Assembly (NCBI GenBank): GCA_037441705.1
Contig: JBBIRR010000014.1
Coordinates: 13,229-77,228, forward strand
From: Ignavibacteriales bacterium
GTDB taxonomy: Bacteria > Bacteroidota > Ignavibacteria > UBA10030 > UBA6906
Direction of reading: 5' to 3'
DNA: 64,000 nt
The position numbers and the translations under genes were made by a program. The stretch's first letter is position 1. Every line of letters starts with the position of its first letter. A model generated the notes under the pieces. The model did no database searches. It worked only from the letters and a program-made list of their open reading frames with translations, and was not told the DNA's origin. Shown in pieces: positions 10,385 to 19,527 of the stretch.

Positions 10385-11079
10385 TGTTGCTTGTATTTGA
10401 TCTCGATCCGTTTCTTGTTCCCCTTCCCATCGTCCAGTTCAATGTCGAGGCGGTTCTCCTGCTCGGCAATTTGGGCCGACGCCTCAGCCGCTTGTTTCTC
10501 TTCCGGCGTCGAGGGACGCATCTGCACGTTCCCATCGCGCGTCGAAAGTCCGGTATAGCCCGCGCCGACATCAACCGACTGGGTTGACACCTTGTTCGTC
10601 AGACGAACAAGCCCCTCAAGCACAATGAGCTTGTCCGTCGAATCGGTTGCTGTGAACTGGCCGCTGGTGCCGCGAATCGAAGCCACCGATGTGGGCGACG
10701 TGAAACGGAATTCTTCTCCCGGTTGCTGCTTCTTAATGTGGAACCCGATGACACCGCGTTGCACCTCCGCCGATTTCGAAAAGGCATTGCCTTCCTGCAC
10801 TCCCGCGATCATCACTTCGGACTTTTCCCGCACGCGCAGCATGCTGTTGTCTTTGAATTTGATAACTGCAACGGATTTCTCGCCTGTTCGGACGCGTTCG
10901 CCCGAAGCAAGCACTTCGCCGCGCTGCGCCGGCTGCCAGTCTTTCCCGACCTGCATCCGCATCACATCAAGAATCACTTTACTGATCAGCGCGATAGCCG
11001 TATCGCCCGCGGGCGGCGCTGCGCCCAGAGCAAGCATGCCGCTCATCAACAGAAGTATCGAAACACGTGTGGGTTTCAT
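10381..11079 (-). CDS. Exported FecR-domain protein
   Basis: VRTGEKSVAVIKFKDNSMLRVREKS, FTSPTSVASIRGT, VLEGLV; N-terminal signal peptide. Confidence 0.88.
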   Translation of the reverse strand: MKPTRVSILLLMSGMLALGAAPPAGDTAIALISKVILDVMRMQVGKDWQPAQRGEVLASGERVRTGEKSVAVIKFKDNSMLRVREKSEVMIAGVQEGNAFSKSAEVQRGVIGFHIKKQQPGEEFRFTSPTSVASIRGTSGQFTATDSTDKLIVLEGLVRLTNKVSTQSVDVGAGYTGLSTRDGNVQMRPSTPEEKQAAEASAQIAEQENRLDIELDDGKGNKKRIEIKYKQQ

Positions 11080-11099
11080 CGCAACTCCCCTTTCTGAGA

Positions 11100-12161
11100 C
11101 TATTCCAGATTCACTGCGCCGACCGCCTCCGGATTCGATCGGATGTCATTCAGCACCCGCAGCAATTCCGTCAACGAGATCGGCGATCCGTTCAAGCGAT
11201 ACGTACCGGTGGGGGAGAGATTTTGCGCACGAATTTGATCGAAGATGGGCCTGTACACCGGCGGAAGAGAGCGCTCAAGGTCTTGCAGCAACCAGGCCAA
11301 CGATGTCGAACGCGTCGTGGAGATGGTGAACGAACGGAGAGCGCTGCGCTGCTCGAGGTTTGTGCCCCCGGCCGCACCGACAAGGCCGGTTACGTACCAC
11401 ACGTAGGTCTTGCCCGGCTGCAAGACGCGTGCGTTGGTCGGATAACGCAGCGATCGTGTTTCGACGGTTGCCGTGTGATGCGGCGTGCCGGTTGCCGTTT
11501 CTTCGAGGCTCCGTTGTCCGGGAAGTTTTTCGAAGATGGCGATCGTTGCCCGCGGTCCATCGTACTGCCACTCGAACAGCGGGAATTCTTCCGTCAGCAC
11601 CTCGCCATCCTGCGGCGCGAGCAGAACAGGTGTGGAAGGGTTCGTCAGGACAAACGTGAATTGCTTCGTGTCGGTGTCGGGGCCGTTGACTTCACGGACA
11701 TTCACGGTAAAGATGTAGCTGCCGGCCGGCATCGAACCGCTCGGCAAAGCGATCTCCAAGAACTTTGCTTTTGCATCGTTGTTGAAGATGTAAGTCTCTT
11801 GCGCTATCCCACGCCCTCGGCCTAACTCCAGGTTGGTCACCGTGCGTGTGCGCTCGATGGTGAACGGAACGGAAATGAAACGAGCCGCGTTCTCATAGCG
11901 CTCGCCATTGGCTAACAGAACATCGAGGTTGATCGTCATAACCGCCTGCACGGTTCGTGGAGCGGTCATCGTAATCGTGAACAGCCACTTCGGTGTGGTG
12001 GAGTTCAGATAGTCCAGGTCGTTGATCGTCAGGGAATTGACCGGAGCTGTAACCGTGGTGACCGTGATTTGCGCCTGGGTGGCTACCGGAAGGCAGATGA
12101 GCGGAACACTAAGCAGCAGGTATCGCCCCCCATTGCATACGCCTCGAAGGAATCGCTTCAT
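11100..12161 (-). CDS. Secreted hypothetical protein with Ig/fn3-like domains
   Basis: ATG 12161 after purine-rich SD; signal peptide TQA-Q; PVLLAPQDG...PLFEW...LQPGKTYVWYV fn3-like pattern. Confidence 0.7.
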   Translation of the reverse strand: MKRFLRGVCNGGRYLLLSVPLICLPVATQAQITVTTVTAPVNSLTINDLDYLNSTTPKWLFTITMTAPRTVQAVMTINLDVLLANGERYENAARFISVPFTIERTRTVTNLELGRGRGIAQETYIFNNDAKAKFLEIALPSGSMPAGSYIFTVNVREVNGPDTDTKQFTFVLTNPSTPVLLAPQDGEVLTEEFPLFEWQYDGPRATIAIFEKLPGQRSLEETATGTPHHTATVETRSLRYPTNARVLQPGKTYVWYVTGLVGAAGGTNLEQRSALRSFTISTTRSTSLAWLLQDLERSLPPVYRPIFDQIRAQNLSPTGTYRLNGSPISLTELLRVLNDIRSNPEAVGAVNLE

Positions 12162-12298
12162 GAGTTTCCCCTTCCTGACTTGTGTATGTACAGACAACAT
12201 TCCCCTGCGGGAAATGATAACAAAAACTGCGATTGATAGCAACAAGAACTATCCCGTTCCGGTGGAACAGCGAAGGCAGCACCCCCGCGAAGGCTCAA

Positions 12299-13603
12299 TC
12301 AAAAGTTCCGTATGTCGTTGTACACGGCAAACGCCATGAAGACCAACAGCAGCACGAACCCTGTGCGCTGGATCGCCAGTTTGAGCTTTGTCGGAAGCTC
12401 GCGTCCGATGATACCTTCGACGATCAGGAAGATCAGATGCCCGCCATCGAGGGCGGGGATGGGAAGGATATTGAGAATCGCGAGGCTGACGCTCAGCAAG
12501 CCCATGAACTGAAGATACACTTCGATGCCGACGTCGAACGATTCTTTCGCAAACTTGCCGATGCGGATAGGCCCGGCGAGCGATTCGGAGAAGGATACCT
12601 TACCGCGTATCAGACTGATGACACCCGAGATGGTGCCGGTGACAACCTGCTGAACCTCTCGGGCTCCCTGGCCGATGGCCTCAAACACGGAGTATTCGGT
12701 CTTCTTCACCGGTCCGGCATAGCCCGCCGAGAATTCTATTCCGATCAATCCCTTTTCTGTGGGGGTGATGGTTCCGGAAAGCACGCTGTCGCCGCGCTTC
12801 CATTCGATGACCAGCGGCTTGCCTGCGTTGCTCTTGATCGTCTCGACGATCCGAATGGCCTGCACGGGGCGGCCGGCAATCGTCAGAATGCTGTCGAGCG
12901 GTCGGATGCCGAGCTGCTCGGCCGGCATCCCCGCTGTGACTTTCTTGACAACGACGACGAAGTGCGCAGGAAGGAGGCCAAAGTCGGACTCCGCCTTCGC
13001 GTCCATCGGCGCGCCGTGGGAATGCACCTGCACCGTGCGCCCGTTTCGTTCGACGAGAAAGCGGAGGTCGCTGCCAATGTTCTCCAGATAAATTGCGCGA
13101 CGCAGCGCGTCCCAGTCGGCAACGGGTTTGTCGTTGACGCTCAACACCCTGTCTCCCTTCTTGAACCCCGCCGAGTCGGCAACGCTGCCCTCGAAGACAA
13201 ACCCGACCTCCGTCGTGTCGTACACGGTGCGGCCGTGAGCATAGGCCAGCGCGCTGTAGATGCCCAACGCTAACAGGACGTTCATGATCACTCCGGCAGA
13301 AATCACGATGATGCGCTGCCAGATGGGTTTGGATCGGAATTCCCACGGCTGCGGCGGCCGGTTGATGAAGTCCGTATCGAAGCTTTCGTCAATCATCCCC
13401 GCGATCTTCACATATCCGCCGAAGGGAATCCAGGAGATGCAGTAATCCGTGTCGCCGATCTTCTTGCCGAACGCACGCGGCGGAAAGCCGATGGAGAACA
13501 CATCCACACGCATGCCGAAGAGTTTTGCAGCGATGAAGTGGCCGAACTCGTGCACAAACACCAACACGCTGAGGATCACGATCGTGGAGATCAAATAGTC
13601 CAT
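12299..13603 (-). CDS. rseP: RIP metalloprotease RseP
   Basis: HEFGH, PFGGYVKIAG, two PDZ domains, NILPIPALDGGH; adjacent to dxr. Confidence 0.95.
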   Translation of the reverse strand: MDYLISTIVILSVLVFVHEFGHFIAAKLFGMRVDVFSIGFPPRAFGKKIGDTDYCISWIPFGGYVKIAGMIDESFDTDFINRPPQPWEFRSKPIWQRIIVISAGVIMNVLLALGIYSALAYAHGRTVYDTTEVGFVFEGSVADSAGFKKGDRVLSVNDKPVADWDALRRAIYLENIGSDLRFLVERNGRTVQVHSHGAPMDAKAESDFGLLPAHFVVVVKKVTAGMPAEQLGIRPLDSILTIAGRPVQAIRIVETIKSNAGKPLVIEWKRGDSVLSGTITPTEKGLIGIEFSAGYAGPVKKTEYSVFEAIGQGAREVQQVVTGTISGVISLIRGKVSFSESLAGPIRIGKFAKESFDVGIEVYLQFMGLLSVSLAILNILPIPALDGGHLIFLIVEGIIGRELPTKLKLAIQRTGFVLLLVFMAFAVYNDIRNF

Positions 13604-13620
13604 GGTCTTCCTTTCCCTCC

Positions 13621-14784
13621 CTAATGAACTGTAGCTGCAACCTGCTGCACAAACCCGCGGGTCTCGCGGTCAATGCGGACGATGTCCTCAAACGTGGCGT
13701 TGTGCATCGGCGTGTGGCTCTGCAAGGCATCCTCGATCAACAGCGGAATTGCAGAGAAGGGGATTTCCCCGTTCAGAAACTTTTGCACGGCAACCTCGTT
13801 GGCGGCGTTCAGCACGGCGGTCGCGCTTCCGCCCATCTCCAACGCTTGGAATGCAAGAGCGAGGCAGCGGAACTTCTCAACATCAGGCGCGTCGAACGTC
13901 ATCTCCTGCAGCCGGGAAAAATCCAGCCGCCGATACGGCGCTGCAGGACGATCCGGATACATCAGGGCGTACTGAATCGGAATCTTCATGTCGGGAATGC
14001 CGAGCTGGGCCTTCGTCGAGCCGTCCTTGAACTCCACCATCGAATGAATGATGGATTGAGGATGAATGACGACCTGAATTTTCTCGGGCGGAAAACCGAA
14101 CAGCCAATGGGCTTCAATCACCTCAAGCCCTTTGTTCATCAGCGTTGCCGAATCGATCGTAATCTTGTTTCCCATCCTCCACGTTGGATGATTGAGCGCG
14201 TCGCGGACGCTGATCGAGTGGAACGCCTCCTTCGGCAGCAAGCGAAACGGCCCGCCGGAAGCAGTCAGAATGAGGCGCTCGACGGAATCGGGATTCTCTC
14301 CGCGCAGGCACTGCAGGATCGCGCTGTGCTCGCTGTCCACCGGCAGCAAGCGGACGCCATGCGCGCGAACAGCATTCATCATGATCTCGCCCGCAACCAC
14401 CAGCGTTTCCTTGTTCGCAAGCGCGATGTCCTTGCCGGCTTCGATGGCACGCAACGTAGGCTTCAGGCCCGCGAACCCCACAAGTGCACTGACGACGATA
14501 TCAACGTCCTCGCGCGTGACAATCTCACACAGACCTTCCTCACCTGCGAGCACCTCCGTGGCCCCGTTGAGGACTTTCCCCAACATCGAGGCGTTGCATT
14601 CTTCCAACACCACAACTCCGCGGGGCTTGAATTGCTGCACCTGCTGCTGCAGCAACTCAATGTTGCGATGCGCCGTCAGGTAACTGACGCGGAAGCGCTC
14701 GGGAAAGTGCGAGATCACTTCGAGCGTACTTCGCCCGATCGAACCCGTCGAGCCAAGAATTGCTATGTTCTTTCTTTTCGTCAC
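13621..14784 (-). CDS. dxr: 1-deoxy-D-xylulose-5-phosphate reductoisomerase
   Basis: ILGSTGSIG, LANKETLV, PVDSEHSA, TASGGPF, NKGLEVIEA; GTG start inferred. Confidence 0.97.
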   Translation of the reverse strand: MTKRKNIAILGSTGSIGRSTLEVISHFPERFRVSYLTAHRNIELLQQQVQQFKPRGVVVLEECNASMLGKVLNGATEVLAGEEGLCEIVTREDVDIVVSALVGFAGLKPTLRAIEAGKDIALANKETLVVAGEIMMNAVRAHGVRLLPVDSEHSAILQCLRGENPDSVERLILTASGGPFRLLPKEAFHSISVRDALNHPTWRMGNKITIDSATLMNKGLEVIEAHWLFGFPPEKIQVVIHPQSIIHSMVEFKDGSTKAQLGIPDMKIPIQYALMYPDRPAAPYRRLDFSRLQEMTFDAPDVEKFRCLALAFQALEMGGSATAVLNAANEVAVQKFLNGEIPFSAIPLLIEDALQSHTPMHNATFEDIVRIDRETRGFVQQVAATVH

Positions 14785-14938
14785 GTTATCAAGGAAAATT
14801 GCTGCTGCGCCTCCCCGAATCAAGAAACAAAATCACCAAGTGAGGCGTTGTGATGAGTACACTTGGTGATGGCTGTTCTATGTGCGTATTCCGAAAGCAA
14901 GGTACGTAAATCGCCTCTGCTTCGCAAGGTACGGTCGG

Positions 14939-14966
14939 TTGTTTCCTCATGCAATTTTGATATATT
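14939..14966 (+). promoter_or_regulatory. Putative sigma70-type promoter
   Basis: TTGTTT-N16-TATATT(GA) upstream of the 15018 ORF. Confidence 0.5.
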
Positions 14967-15017
14967 GAGTTCAACAATCAGCGGCGTTCGTGCGATTGGG
15001 AATTGGTAGGATGAACG

Positions 15018-15563
15018 ATGCGCTCCCTTACTCTGACAATATTGCTCCTCGCTATCGTCGCTGGCCATTCTCCTGGCCAAACACGAATCTATACCGACAG
15101 AGGACACTGGGTGGGTCTTGGAGTTGGCGTTATCGGAGGCGATGGTCGATTTGCGGATCGTTGGACTGCGAGGGCAATGTATGACTGGCGGTTTGATACG
15201 TTCTGGTCGCTACCTGTTGAGGCTTCGGCCTTTAAGAGAGTTTCGATCAGGTACGACGGTGCCCAACTCCACAGCCATAGTTCAACCGTACTTGCCCTGA
15301 GTATAGCGTTGAAGCTTCGCGTTGTATTGGGACGTCTGAACACAGACTTCTTTGCACAAGCCGGGGTTGGTGCAGGATCGATGTATCCGGTCATCCACTA
15401 CGCTTACGGCGTGGAATATGGAATCGCCGAAAGGCTTGCTCTCACTCTTCAAGTAAGACGCCATACATCGAATCTTGAAGTGAACAACAATTTTTACACA
15501 CTCGGGGTGAATCTGAACCTCACCTCCGATAGGTTACGCGAAGAATATCTCAACGACAGGTGA
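15018..15563 (+). CDS. Small exported beta-barrel-like hypothetical protein
   Basis: Signal peptide; about 8 amphipathic strands (FFAQAGVGAG, YAYGVEY, FYTLGVNL); lower GC than flanks. Confidence 0.6.
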   Translation: MRSLTLTILLLAIVAGHSPGQTRIYTDRGHWVGLGVGVIGGDGRFADRWTARAMYDWRFDTFWSLPVEASAFKRVSIRYDGAQLHSHSSTVLALSIALKLRVVLGRLNTDFFAQAGVGAGSMYPVIHYAYGVEYGIAERLALTLQVRRHTSNLEVNNNFYTLGVNLNLTSDRLREEYLNDR

Positions 15564-15620
15564 GAGGGGGGTTCCGTCCGAATCGGTTTCGAAATATTCA
15601 TCCTCGTGCAGTGAAGGACG

Positions 15621-17480
15621 GTGTTCGGTATGAGCCGAAGAATTATAAGATTGCTCCTGTTTACGGTTCTGTGCAGCCCGCATTTGTGGGCACAGGACAC
15701 AAACGCCAAATTCCGTCTTGCTCAAAGTTATGAGCAGGGGGGTGACTTCGAAAATGCCGTTCCTCTCTATCGCGACCTCTACGCGCAGGAGCCTTCCAAC
15801 TACATGTACTTCGACGGGCTGCGGCGATCGCTGCTGCAGCTCAAGCGATACGATGAAGTGATCGGGCTTGTTCGCCACCGTCTGAGGACGTATCCGAACG
15901 ATGCGAACCTGCTTTGCCTGCTGGGCAGCGCGCTGTACCAATCGGGGAAAGAAAAAGAGGCCGACGCTGCGTGGGAACAAGCCATCGCAGCGGAGCCGGC
16001 AAACCCAAACGTCTATCGCCTTGTGGCAAACTCGCTTCTCGAAAACCGGCTTCTCGACAAGACGGCCGCGGTGTACCGCCGCGCTCGCGTCGCGTGCAAC
16101 GACCCGAATCTCTTCACGCTCGACCTTGCACAGCTCCTCGCAGTGAGCATGGATTATGCGGGCGCGACAACCGAGTACGTGCGCTATCTCGCACAGGCAC
16201 CGATGCAGCTGCCGTATGTGCAGAACCGCATGGCGCAGTTTACCGCCAAGGAAGACGCGCGCGCTGCAGCCATCAACGCCGTGCGACAGGCCCTCCGCAC
16301 GTCCAGCGACATGAACCTGTATCGTCTGTTGGGGTGGCTGCTCATGGAGGGCAAACACTTTGACGAGGCTTTCGAGGTGCACGCGACGCTCGACCGCCTG
16401 GCAAATGCAAAGGGGGGTGAAGTGTTTGCCTTCGCGGAGCGGGCTTACAAGGAAGGGGCCTTCGAGGTTGCTGCCCGCGCGTACAAGGCCGCTATTGATG
16501 CACCGCTGTCGCCGCAACGACTCCCCTACGCCCGGTTCGGCTACGCGCTGGCGATGAAGGAGCTCACCCTGCGCGCCGATACCGCGCAGACCTTGTTGCC
16601 GCAGGGCGGAACCATCCCTGAAACGCAGTCACGCTACGCAACTGCCATTGATTATTTTCGCAAGATCATCGAAGACTACCCGAGCTCCGACTTCGCTGCG
16701 CGGGCAGCTTACCAGATCGGGCTGATCCAGTTCGAGAAGTATTTCGATCTCGATGCCGCGCTTGCATCGTTCACCGGCGTGCAGCAAAGCCTCCCCTCCT
16801 CTTCGACCATCCAGTACGACATCGCCATCAAGATCGGCGAGGTGCTGACGGCCAAAGGAGACACGGCAAACGCAAGGGTCTGGTTCCGCAAAGTGGTTGC
16901 CGTGCCCACCGCAACGCCGGATCAGCAGGATGAGGCAACGTACCGCCTTGCCGAAGTGGAGTACTTCTGCGGAAACTTCGCCGAAGCACTGAAGAATCTC
17001 GAGTCCATCAGCACCAACCTCAAAGCCGATTACGCCAACGACGCGCTGCTGCTCACCGCCTTCCTGCAGGAGAACACGATCACGGCTCCCGCCCCGCTGA
17101 AAGAGTTTGCGCGTGCAGAGTTCCTCACGCGACAGAAAAAATACACGGAAGCAATCACGATCTTTCAAGCTCTGGTCGAGAAGTATCCACAGGCATTGTT
17201 CGTTGATGACGCTCTGCTGCGCATCGCGATGCTGCAAACCCAAGCGGGCCGCTACAACGATGCACTCCTTACCTATCACCAGCTCCTGCATCAGTTCAAG
17301 GAAAGCAGCATCGCGCTGGACCGGGCACAGTTCAACATTGCCGAGCTGTACGACTATCGCCTGAAGGACAAGGCCCAGGCGATTGCTGCATACGAACGGC
17401 TGCTTGCCGAGTATCCGCAATCGTTGTTTACCGAGCGCGCACGCAAGCGCATCCGCGAGCTGCGCGGTGATTCACTGTAG
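15621..17480 (+). CDS. Exported tetratricopeptide-repeat protein
   Basis: Signal peptide LWA-Q; many TPRs with YP-S motifs; C-terminal ARKRIRELRGD. Confidence 0.88.
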   Translation: MFGMSRRIIRLLLFTVLCSPHLWAQDTNAKFRLAQSYEQGGDFENAVPLYRDLYAQEPSNYMYFDGLRRSLLQLKRYDEVIGLVRHRLRTYPNDANLLCLLGSALYQSGKEKEADAAWEQAIAAEPANPNVYRLVANSLLENRLLDKTAAVYRRARVACNDPNLFTLDLAQLLAVSMDYAGATTEYVRYLAQAPMQLPYVQNRMAQFTAKEDARAAAINAVRQALRTSSDMNLYRLLGWLLMEGKHFDEAFEVHATLDRLANAKGGEVFAFAERAYKEGAFEVAARAYKAAIDAPLSPQRLPYARFGYALAMKELTLRADTAQTLLPQGGTIPETQSRYATAIDYFRKIIEDYPSSDFAARAAYQIGLIQFEKYFDLDAALASFTGVQQSLPSSSTIQYDIAIKIGEVLTAKGDTANARVWFRKVVAVPTATPDQQDEATYRLAEVEYFCGNFAEALKNLESISTNLKADYANDALLLTAFLQENTITAPAPLKEFARAEFLTRQKKYTEAITIFQALVEKYPQALFVDDALLRIAMLQTQAGRYNDALLTYHQLLHQFKESSIALDRAQFNIAELYDYRLKDKAQAIAAYERLLAEYPQSLFTERARKRIRELRGDSL

Positions 17481-17495
17481 GAAGCGGAGGAGAAG

Positions 17496-18791
17496 ATGAA
17501 GCACGGAAACCGCACAATCGTCCTGCGCATCATCGCGGCGAGCCTGCTGTTGCTTGCAGGCGTTCGCAGCGGAGCTGCTCAGGGGAAGATTCTGATCCCG
17601 ATGGACCTCACGCAGACCGACCATCTCAAAGCGTACGGCATCGCGTACTGGACGCTCACGAAGGGCATCGAGATAGATTGGCTGCTGAACTATCGCGGCG
17701 GCTCGTTTCTGATGGACTACGCCGAGATGATTGCCGCCGAGTGCCGCATCCGCGGCGTGGCGTTCTCGCCCATCAGCGCAGCCGATGCCGCGCAGATCTA
17801 CGCCGAGGTTCAGCGCGAGGATAATAACATGGATGTGATCCGTCTCGAGAAAGCACCGAAGGTGGCGGTGTATGTGCCGCCGGGCTTCCAGCCATGGGAC
17901 GACGCGGTGACGCTGGCCCTCGAATATGCCGAAATCCACTACGATAAGGTGTGGGATGATGAAGTGATGGCAGATAAGCTGCACGAGTACGATTGGCTTC
18001 ACCTGCATCACGAGGATTTCACCGGACAATACGGCAAGTTTTACGCTTCCTTCGCACAGGCAAGCTGGTATATCGAACAGCAGGTAACGCTCGAAAAGGA
18101 AGCGAAAAAGTTAGGCTTCAAGAAAGTGTCTGAATTGAAGAAAGCCGTGGCACGCAAGATCAAGGAGTACATTGCGGGCGGCGGATTCATGTTTGCGATG
18201 TGCTCGGCAACCGACACGTACGACATTGCCCTCGCCGCGGAGAACACCGACATCTGCGACGTGATGTACGACGGCGATCCGCCCGACCGCGATGCGCAGC
18301 AGCGGTTAGATTACTCGAAGACCCTCGCCTTCACCAACTTCACGCTCGAGCGCAACCCGCTCCGCTACGAGTACTCGGACATCGATCAGCCGCCGAGCGA
18401 TCTGCTTGGCTTGCAGAATCCGGAGACCGACTACTTCACACTCTTCGAGTTCTCGGCGAAGTTCGATCCCGTCCCCACCATGCTCACACAGAACCACGTG
18501 AACGTGATCAAAGGCTTTCTCGGTCAGACAACAAACTTCAAGAAGAGTCTCATCAAGAACACCGTCACCATTCTTGCCGAGAAAGAGGGACTCGATCAGG
18601 TGCGCTACCTGCACGGCAACTACGGCCGCGGCACGTTCACCTTCTACGGCGGCCACGACCCTGAGGACTATCAACACGCCGTCGGTGATCCGCCGACCGA
18701 TCTCTCATTGCACAAGAACTCGCCGGGCTACCGACTCATTCTCAACAACATTCTCTTCCCGGCTGCAAAGAAGAAACAACAGAAGACATAA
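17496..18791 (+). CDS. Conserved exported protein with class I glutamine-amidotransferase-like domain (family often mislabelled asparagine synthetase B)
   Basis: ILIPMD..QTDHLKAYG, PWDDAVTL, WLHLHHEDFTGQYGKF, FAMCSATD, GGHDPED, SPGYRLILNN. Confidence 0.75.
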   Translation: MKHGNRTIVLRIIAASLLLLAGVRSGAAQGKILIPMDLTQTDHLKAYGIAYWTLTKGIEIDWLLNYRGGSFLMDYAEMIAAECRIRGVAFSPISAADAAQIYAEVQREDNNMDVIRLEKAPKVAVYVPPGFQPWDDAVTLALEYAEIHYDKVWDDEVMADKLHEYDWLHLHHEDFTGQYGKFYASFAQASWYIEQQVTLEKEAKKLGFKKVSELKKAVARKIKEYIAGGGFMFAMCSATDTYDIALAAENTDICDVMYDGDPPDRDAQQRLDYSKTLAFTNFTLERNPLRYEYSDIDQPPSDLLGLQNPETDYFTLFEFSAKFDPVPTMLTQNHVNVIKGFLGQTTNFKKSLIKNTVTILAEKEGLDQVRYLHGNYGRGTFTFYGGHDPEDYQHAVGDPPTDLSLHKNSPGYRLILNNILFPAAKKKQQKT

Positions 18792-18867
18792 AGATGTAGG
18801 TAACCAACACGATTGCTTTTCGTATGCTGTATCGTCCGACCATCCATCAACAACCAAAGGTGACACC

Positions 18868-19485
18868 ATGAAGAAGTTCGCGTTCATCGTCGCAGCACTG
18901 GTGGCTCTTTCCGCCGCATCGTACGCTGCAAGTCCTGTCCGGTTCGGCGTTCAGGCAACCGGCGCCAACGTCAACGTTCCGAAGCCGCTGAACGAAATCT
19001 ATGGTTTCGGCTACGGGGGCGGCGTCCATCTTGATTTCAACCTTCCCGTTCTTCTCTCATTCCGTTTGCAAGGGGACTACGTTCGCTTCTCGGCAGATCA
19101 GGGAAAGTATCAGCAACTCCTTGCGTCGTTGGTGGGCGGTACGGCGGCGAGTGATTTTTCCATTGACGGTGGGGCGATCAGCGTCTGGTCGGTTTATGCC
19201 AATGTGAAGTCGAATTTTCTGCCGCTTCCGCTCATCTCGCCCTACATAACAGGCGGCGCGGGCGTTGCGAACCTCAGCGCAGCAGAGGCCACCATCAAAT
19301 ATCAGGGGCAGCCGGTCACCGGAGTTCCGGCCGTGCCGGGCGAAACAAAATTCTCGGCCAATCTCGGCGCAGGGGTCGATTTGAAGTTAGGCGTGGAGCT
19401 GTACGTGGAGGCGCGCTACACATGGATCTTTACCTCGGGTGAGACCAGCACCTACATTCCCGTTTCCATCGGCATCACGCTGTAG
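18868..19485 (+). CDS. Outer-membrane beta-barrel protein (OmpA-barrel/porin-like)
   Basis: MKKFAFIVAALVALSAASYA signal; SPYITGGAG, LGAGVDL, LYVEARY, terminal SIGITL. Confidence 0.8.
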   Translation: MKKFAFIVAALVALSAASYAASPVRFGVQATGANVNVPKPLNEIYGFGYGGGVHLDFNLPVLLSFRLQGDYVRFSADQGKYQQLLASLVGGTAASDFSIDGGAISVWSVYANVKSNFLPLPLISPYITGGAGVANLSAAEATIKYQGQPVTGVPAVPGETKFSANLGAGVDLKLGVELYVEARYTWIFTSGETSTYIPVSIGITL

Positions 19486-19492
19486 GATAGGA

Positions 19493-19525
19493 CCTCGGGG
19501 GCGCGGCGGGCACGCGTCCCCGGGG
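19493..19525. terminator. GC-rich hairpin between convergent genes
   Basis: CCTCGGGGGCGCG...CGCGTCCCCGGGG. Confidence 0.5.
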
Positions 19526-19527
19526 AC

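Noticed and set aside
12181-12196. TGTGT-N6-AGACA as a CRP-like site upstream of the cyclase operon
   Set aside because: Only a partial match to TGTGA-N6-TCACA; not distinguishable from chance.
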